A DNA stretch of 64,000 nucleotides, from NCBI GenBank assembly GCA_951406725.2, contig OX597814.1, forward strand, positions 38,626,001 to 38,690,000, given 5' to 3'. Positions 55,994 through 64,000 of the stretch are shown here, piece after piece. The DNA comes from Octopus vulgaris (taxonomy: Eukaryota). How positions within the stretch are numbered: position 1 is the stretch's first letter; each line of letters starts with the position of its first letter. Position numbers and translations under genes: made by a program. Under the pieces are notes generated by a model. The model had not been told where the DNA came from. It ran no database searches and was given only the letters and a program-made list of their open reading frames with translations.

Positions 55994-55995
<2 letters not shown>
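54062..55995 (-). mobile_element. CR1-type LINE, 5'-truncated, relatively young RT region
   Basis: AAGPDGFP, NYRPISLTS, QHGFRPGRSCLTQLL, VDVIYLDFAKTFDKVDH, SGVPQGTVLGPLLF, YADA (catalytic YADD mutated), RDLGI. A 350-aa stretch is open, with frameshifts near 55240 and 55560. Short 3' UTR with (TTTAAGGA)2 tail. Confidence 0.93.
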
Positions 55996-56046
<51 letters not shown>

Positions 56047-56076
56047 TGTGTGTATATATATAAATATATATATACA

Positions 56077-56119
<43 letters not shown>

Positions 56120-56165
56120 ATATATATATATATATATATAATATATATATATATATGTGTGTGTA

Positions 56166-56220
<55 letters not shown>
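55996..56220. repeat. Compound (TA)n microsatellite at the CR1 5' truncation point
   Basis: Directly visible. Confidence 0.95.
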
Positions 56221-56223
<3 letters not shown>

Positions 56224-58526
56224 TAAGAAGGGTCATTTTGCCAATAAATATTATAACTGATCCCACGCACTGGTACAAATACATCTGCTTTATTTTATTA
56301 ACTAATTATTCAATGGTTTGTTTAATATGTTTATTAGAAAATCAATCGGTTATTATTCTTCTGTTTCTTTACTTTTGTCGCCCAATATGACCACATCAAG
56401 TCAGCTCTTCATCCCACAACATCTGCTTTATGTCTGTCGGAAAACTATCCTAATGCCTGTGTGTGTATGTATGCATGTACATATGTGCGTATGTTGATGT
56501 GTGTGCGTTTACTTATGCGCGTGCGTTCTTCTGCGTGTTCACATATGTGACTGCATGTGGTATTGTCGCGCTTTTTAATATGAGTGTATGGTTTGCTTGT
56601 TTGCATTTGTGTGTGTGTATCTACGTGTCTGTGTGTTCGGTTGTATTCATAGGGTGGGTGGGCGTGTGTTTGTGAGTGTGTATGGTGTAGCAAGTTTTCT
56701 TTTGAATAGGTAAATTTTTGTGTGTTACGTGTGCTTTTGGGCATTTGTATGTTCCGCACATGTATGTGCATGCATATGTTTGTGCATATGTTTATTTGGT
56801 CGTGCATGTCGGTGTATATTTCTAGTTGTATGTTGTTGTGTGCCTGCTTTTGTAGATGTCCATACCAGTTTACTGGAATTTTTCATTATTACATGTATTT
56901 ATGTTAATGATTTTCTGTATACGTACCTACATTACCCACTCATAACCTCCCGCCTATAGCGTGCATATACTACGTGTGCTGCAGCCGTGTTGCTGTGCTT
57001 CTATTATTTATATCTGTTATTGAAAAAAACTTCAATGTTCAGCATGCTAGAAATAGCAGCGATCACTTAGTTATTATTGTCAGAATTATAGCGTTCCAGG
57101 CAGCCATACCAAGAAAAAAAAAAGATATTCTTAATTTAAAAAAGGATTATTATGAGGGTATATTAAGAAATATACATTATATCAAAAATCTGCCTGGAAG
57201 TTATACAGCTATTTTAAAATAAATATGTTACTCCACGTAGATAGAATAGACTGTAGCTTTTACAAATAGCGAATTAAAGCTTGAAATGAATAAATTGAAA
57301 TGAATATATATTGAATTAACATTAATGAGAATAGAGGCCAAAGAGAGTGAGAGACTGTCGCAATTGAAAGCGGAAATTCCGTCTGCAATGAATTAATATT
57401 GTTTATTAAATCTACTTCGCAGTGAATGCAACGAATATTTAAGTTTGTAAAAAATTTGCAGTTCAAATATTCAATAAACTTCAGAAATAGAAATTAGAGG
57501 AAATTTCTTCGGACATGAATTAATAAAGAAAATTTCCAGAGGAACAAGCTTTTAATACTTGCTTTCTTTTAATATCTGTTACATACCTAATTAATAAGCA
57601 GCTTTCTCCATTATAATATTGAAGTGTCTTAATGATGAGACTATCGGCTTTTAGACAATATTTCGATACTAATACGGTTCATCAGGCCGCTATGTTGATC
57701 TCTGACAGCTAAACTCTCAGCTAGACTCCTAGTAATCTTCCCAACGTATAATGTATTCCGTTTCCTGAAATTACTCTCCTGTATTTTAGTCAGTAAAATA
57801 TGTTCCTGGTCCTACAGTGAATACCAAAGGTTCAAATTACATACAATGCAATTATTATCAGTGCATGTGGTCTTGTCAAAGGTGTAGGTATTACAAACCC
57901 TTCATGGTTTTTCTAGAACATTAATTTTGAGTTTAGCTTCCTTCAGAATCTTCCCAAATATGCTGGCTAATTCCACGGCGTAGACACTACAAACGTTACT
58001 ACTTGAAATATGTTTTTGTTCTACATCGTGCTTATTCTGTTTCTTTATCGCTGATTATCTTTTCTATTGGTGGCCTCGGTATCTAGGTTGAGTTTCACAG
58101 GCGTCCTTAAAGATGATAACACTAACTTTTCCATATCCCATCTATCTGCCTGACATTATTTCTCTCTGGTTTTAGGCAGAGAAATACATGTGGTGCACAA
58201 CGTCCGTTGCATGATGTTTATTACACAGCGTTTTTACATGGGTGATGCTTTCTTCATTATCCTGACTTATTCCGCAAAAAGTATGTTAATTTTATTTTAT
58301 GGTAATGTTTCGTGCTTATAAATAATATATTAGGAAGGTACAGTCGTGAAATAAAATGAAAGAGTTGCACATTGTTGGTCATATTCCCATACCATATTTG
58401 AGTATGAAGGACAAGGTGTCTATCGCTGGAATATTTAGTGAAATAGTCTCTCGGTATATTGATACGCCGGTAGATGCAGTTAGCGTTGCGCTGGATGCTA
58501 TCCATCGTCCTCCAATCGACAATTAT

Positions 58527-58567
<41 letters not shown>

Positions 58568-58846
58568 TCTATACATACATATATATATATGTGTGTGTGT
58601 GTAGAAGGTTGAAAAATTACATACGATTTGATATGTATAATGAAAATATGACAAGGTAGAAAATGCTAGAATAATTTTATCATGAAGAACATTTTAGTAC
58701 CGTTTTCAATCTTTGTGACAATTTCAAATGAGGGTAAAGCATTAAAATCTATTAAATTGTGGAAAAAATAACTAAAATGCATTCTAAAAATTTATTTCCA
58801 TAGTTTGCGAATATGTGGGGCATTTTACATTTATCTGTCTGTCTGC

Positions 58847-58882
<36 letters not shown>

Positions 58883-58885
58883 TCA

Positions 58886-58920
<35 letters not shown>

Positions 58921-59027
58921 TTCTCAAAGACTGAAACCTGTACTAAATGTTCTTCATGATAAAGTTATTCTAGCATTTTCTACCTTGTCATATTTCCCTC
59001 ACACACACACACACACACACACATATA

Positions 59028-59076
<49 letters not shown>

Positions 59077-59629
59077 ACATGTCGTTTAACGTGTGGAATG
59101 ATCTGTTAAGGAATTAGGGAGTGTGGATTGATGTTTCTGCATACGATAGAGAAAATACGAAAAAAGGCCTACGGTCGTTCTTTTCTATTGATGGAGTGTC
59201 CTAAAAGCAACAAAATCTAAGAGTCCTTTTGTATTTTTTCTATTGTACGCAAATCCTCCCCATTTGTGGAGAAAATATTCTACCCAAAATCAGCTATATT
59301 CATAATTTGACATTTTTTTTAAAGAAAAACAACTTTTGTGAAAAGTCAGGATATTGTATACAAAGATTTTGGCGTGGTTGCTAAAAGCAAATGCTGTCAA
59401 CTTGAAAAAAGTTTTTCGAAAACACTTTTCTATTAAACTGAAACGTTTCCTGTGGTATCATTGCTGGTATTTTTTCATTAGGTCTTAGGACACGCATTAG
59501 AGAATGCATTCCGTTCGGTATATTTAACTGAATTGTGTTTCAGTTTAAATGCATGACAGAAAGAGCATATTAAGAAATATTTAGAATGAAATAACGTCGT
59601 ACAGTCTCAAAAGCATAGCTGATAAGACA

Positions 59630-59963
59630 TCGGTGTATAATTGGTACTTAATCGACTTATTTAATTGACCCCGAAAGGATGAAAGGCAAAGTCGACCCCG
59701 GCTGAATTTGATCACAGAACGAAATACCTATTTCTTTACTATCCACAAGGGGCTAAACACAGAGAGGACAAACAAGGACAGACAAACGGATTAAGTAGAT
59801 TATATCGACCCCAGTGCGTAACTGGTACTTAATTTATTGACCCCGAAAGAATGGAAGGCAAAGTCGACCTCGGCGGAATTCGATCTCAGAACGAATTACC
59901 GGCAAACGAAATATCGGTAAGCATTCCGTGTGGTGTGCTAAAGATTCTGCCAGCTCGCAGCCC
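59630..59963 (-). mobile_element. SINE family 1, dimer (full unit plus partial second unit), tail type A
   Basis: Two copies of GACCCCGAAAG.ATG.AAGGCAAAGTCGACC on the + strand (about 59667 and 59839). The junction reads AAAGAAATA|GGTATTTCG on the minus strand at about 59730. Confidence 0.9.
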
Positions 59964-62274
59964 TGAGGTGAATATAATATTGTCTTTGCTCAGTCTCTCG
60001 TTTCGTCACATTGACGATCGTTTTCTGCTTTGAACATTATTACTAATATTCAAACTTTTATAGATAGCAAGTTTTTCCTTAGATACATGCATATTAACTC
60101 ATAATCCCCATTGCTAAGATATTATAATAACACATGATGACTTCTCTGTTCGTTTTGAATCCCAGTTCAGGTGAAGCATGTGTCTTCGACGTGGCAGTAT
60201 ATTTTCATATTATTTTTTATATTTCTGTTAAAATATATCACCGATAATTGTATTCAAGTGTGACATTCGTAAATGTAATATTTCGTTTCAATAGGCAAGA
60301 CGTGCATATATAAAATGCTGTCTCTGTAGTAGAGTAGACAATATATAATATGTTGTTGCGTTTATTTGATAATGTAAGTACCGTCTAATAGGTATTATAT
60401 TGATGGGCAATTTTCTACCATGCAATCATATAATATTGAATTGCACCTTTGAAAATGCAAACGATTTCCCAAGCGAAACAACTGAAATAAAACGCCTTGT
60501 AATTTTGGCAATGAAGTTTAAACTTGAATTACTTATTTGTTCAGATTCCACCATTTTAGCCTAATGTTCTGTCTGTTGACTTTTAGTTTACCATGCATTT
60601 ATGATAATGTCTGTCTATATCTCTTAAATCTGTCCGTTACCTTAGGCTCTGCTGTATATTGAACATCATACAAAATTGCATTTTTGTTTTGTTTTCTTTA
60701 TGTTGTATAGCGATTTCTATTATGTTTTACGGAAAATTATTGTAATTGTATCGAAAAATACAGAGAATATTTAAGATAATTGCGTAATCGCAGGATGTCC
60801 CTTTGTACTCATGGTAAATAATACAATCATTCTACATCAGATTTTGTTGGAATATTCTAAATACAATCATTATTGCTTCTTTTCCTTTATTGACTTGTTA
60901 ATTCCCTTGTCCAGTTGCGACACTATACATTTTCAGTAAAACTATAAAATATTACTCGAACAGCGAAATCATTGATGTGTAATAGCACATATTTGCTAGA
61001 AAATATCAGCATGTACGCATTAATCTGTGTTTCTGCTACTTCTACATTAATTCCAAACTATTACCCTCCCATGGGTATGTGTGTGTAATATACTTTCCAT
61101 ATATATAACTCCGTTTGGTCCCGTTGTATAATTATAGTGTCGATAGAATTTTTAAATGGTATTAGTAATTTTATCAAATGCCATTTTAACAAATGCATGG
61201 TGCATTTTTAACGATAAGGTCTGTAAATTCTGTATATATGCAAATGCTATTTGTGTCTCTTTTTGAACGCTTACGTACAATTCAGTTTTGTAAAAAAAAT
61301 AAGGTTGATTGCCCTCTGAATTATAGCCATTGAATCCAACACGAGTTTAGTATGCAGGCTACATGTGTTAATGTCTGGCAACATAATAATCACCAGAGTA
61401 GTGATACTCTTTGTAGAATAGTCTTTATTCAAGATATGTTCTTGTACTTGCTTTTATTTTCCATGACATTATTTATAGCTAATGTATCACGAATCAAGGG
61501 GATCATTGTCATAAAGTCTCTGAATCTATGATATTCTCAAATCGTGTTTTCTTTTTATCCCAATGAATTACTCGTGAAATTGATCTTTAGCGCTATATAA
61601 GCTTTTGCAGCAACGTTCATAAAATTATTCAAATAATTTTTGTTTTCCCCTCTAATTAACCATCACATTGATGTTGCCTGCAGATCCTCCAATTTCTCCT
61701 TTTTGCTCTTCTTTTTTAAATATTTTAACTCAAATTACAAGCATTCTTTTTATAGGTGTTGTCTATATCGTTTTTTCTAATGAGTAGAGTTTTACTCAAG
61801 CTTGTTTCAGATGTCTCAAAATGCTCATTCAATGGAAGTTCTTTCTGTGTCGATAATCGCCACAGAAATAATTTTATCTTTATTTCCCCATTTTATATTT
61901 ACAAATTTAATAACGACATCGTTTCCGCTCAAGGTCAAATTACATTATGCTCAACAATCGCATCTTCTGCTTCAAAGCATCAAATGCAGCGTCTAAGGGA
62001 AGTTTTCTTTGATTTCGTGCTGTTGCTTTTTTTTAAAACTTTATTTGATGTGTCTTTCAATTTTTTAGAGATGCTTTGTTTGAGATACAGTTTATTTTTG
62101 TATCTTTGTGCTATTTCATAGGAATTCAATATTAATGAATAATTAGCAGTGAGATTGTATCATATCATACTTCTCACTATTGTAATTATAGTGCCTGAAG
62201 AATATATTATTTCCTGCATCCTAATGATATTTCGGTTCGCATACGCTTCGTTATGAATACGGTACCAGTTTAAC

Positions 62275-62276
<2 letters not shown>

Positions 62277-62343
<67 letters not shown>
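62277..62343. repeat. (TA)n microsatellite
   Basis: Directly visible. Confidence 0.97.
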
Positions 62344-62347
<4 letters not shown>

Positions 62348-63369
62348 CAGTATTTTTATTTTCAGGTTTTTAATTAGAAAGGTCTTGTCACATCGGTACA
62401 TTTTGTATTGCTCTGAGATAAATATTCTCCTGTTATGCTGCTATCATACACACAGTTTATTTCTTTATAATTTTGAACTTTCACATTCTAGTTATTCGTA
62501 TTTGAGGTAATGTTTTTGATTTCACTTAATTTAATATTTTGTAAATATGCTGAAGTTTAACATTTGTGCACGATCTTATCCTGTTCGTTTGTTTGACATA
62601 TGCTAGGTTTTGGGGATTGTTTCTCAACATTTTAAAGTTTAATTTTACAACTATTTCTATTTTACCTGATTGCAATCTACTCTTTATGCTAGATTTCGTG
62701 TTAGTACATATAATTTTTGTATTTTTGTTCGTTATCCTATTTTTAAGAATATCGATAGCTTTCGCTCCTAATAAGTATATCCACTCATATTGTGACAGTA
62801 TAAATTTAGGTTTTTTTTAAATGTGTACATTTTACGGACTCGCATATCTTTTGTGTCAATCTTTGCAGAGGTTTTAGTTGAAACTGGAGTCTTTATATAT
62901 TTATTGCTCTCACAATTCTGTTCGATTTGTGGAAGTTCATTATTTTAGAATCTGTCGATTCACGTATGAAATTGAAGTTATGCTCTTTGGAATTTTCTTG
63001 TGAGAAGAGACCGATGTCCAGAGTTGATGATTGCGCCAACTCGCCTCTTTAATTACACCAATAATAATAACAACAAAAAACACAACAACAACAACAAAAA
63101 AAATACTACAGAAATAGTGCTCATGGAAACTGCTCATATCCGAAGAAAAATATTGTCGATATAATTCCGAAAATATTTAAATTTGTAAACATACTCAAAA
63201 GTACTTTTAAATGTATATAATAGCAACCAGATTCTACTCTCATCTTAATATCACACTATCATTTTTCACTAAAGTTCTTTTAATTAAAACAATCTTCTAA
63301 TCTTCTTACGTTCTGATAATTATTCTGTAGAACATTAATCTTTGCCAAACCCAAAAAAAAAAAAAAAAA

Positions 63370-63475
63370 TGTTATTTTAGTCATAACACCAGCTTGAACT
63401 ACTAATTTATTTTCTCTTGAGGTCTCTGCGTGAAGCATGGAGTCAACTTTTACAAATGCAAAGCGAAAGCATACG

Positions 63476-63551
<76 letters not shown>
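63370..63551 (+). mobile_element. Probable LINE 3' UTR end (R4/Dong-like) with (AAT)n tail
   Basis: CTTGAGGTCTCTGCGTGA...ACAAATGCAAAGCGAAAG runs directly into about 24 AAT units. Dong elements are associated with (TAA)n. Family is from recall and unverified. Confidence 0.45.
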
Positions 63552-63553
<2 letters not shown>

Positions 63554-63609
63554 CGCGGCGTTATTATTATTATCATCAAATAATAATATTATTATTTGAT
63601 GATAACTTA

Positions 63610-64000
63610 ACCGGCAGCCCCACCCACTAAGCTTGCTTTGTGAAAGTGTGGAATTTCGACGCCCTGGGGGACTAAAGCAAAACCCGGCAAAGGGCAGAGG
63701 AAATTTAAATAGTCAATGACCATTCGGAAAATGGATAGACAGAACTCAAGAGCCTTGGTTGGCAGTCTGTCTAGGAGAAGGAATACTCTGATTTCAAAAC
63801 CGGTGTAGATAGGACTCCTTAGTCACGGTGGGCAAGCCCAAATCTTTCGCGAAACCAACAGAAGTTTGGGAACAGTTGAGTATTTGGCGCTTCCAAATAG
63901 CCAGTGCTCCGGGTAGGCTGTACTCGTAAAGACTTAAGTGGCAGGCAAACTAGAAGGAACACTCCAAGCCCAAAACCAGGGAAGCAAGGACCCTTCTGCC
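63610..64000 (+). mobile_element. Probable 5' UTR of an RTE-clade LINE continuing beyond the window
   Basis: Abrupt rise in GC. GGCAGTCTGTCTAGGAGAAGGAATACTCTGATTTCAAAACC (about 63761-63801) resembles a motif I recall from RTE 5' UTRs; no ORF is visible yet. Confidence 0.4.

Noticed and set aside
57800-58220. Possible RTE endonuclease remnant
   Set aside because: Motifs (IISA.., TNF, YMW) are too degenerate to support a call.

Overview
AT-rich eukaryotic genomic DNA, dense in microsatellites and transposable elements. The SINE families and (TA)n load look like an octopod cephalopod (Octopus); this is recognition from memory, not a database result. No intact host protein-coding gene, rRNA, true tRNA gene or CRISPR array can be supported, and most long ORFs in the track are microsatellite read-throughs. 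The window holds decayed LINE pieces (three L1/Tx1-like, a fairly young CR1-type RT at 54.1-56.0 kb, older CR1 pieces, several RTE pieces, R4/Dong-like ends). It also holds a Penelope-like element with an inverted partial copy, a complete non-autonomous Helitron, an internally deleted mariner and about a dozen tRNA-derived SINE copies from three families. The best leads are a 102/104 bp inverted repeat next to the Helitron, a 78-nt pre-miRNA-sized hairpin, a LINE-SINE shared 3' tail, modular tail swapping and concatemers in one SINE family, and isolated splice-site-flanked segments (including an 18-nt microexon candidate) hinting at a long + strand transcript. I found no evidence strong enough to claim a new biological system.
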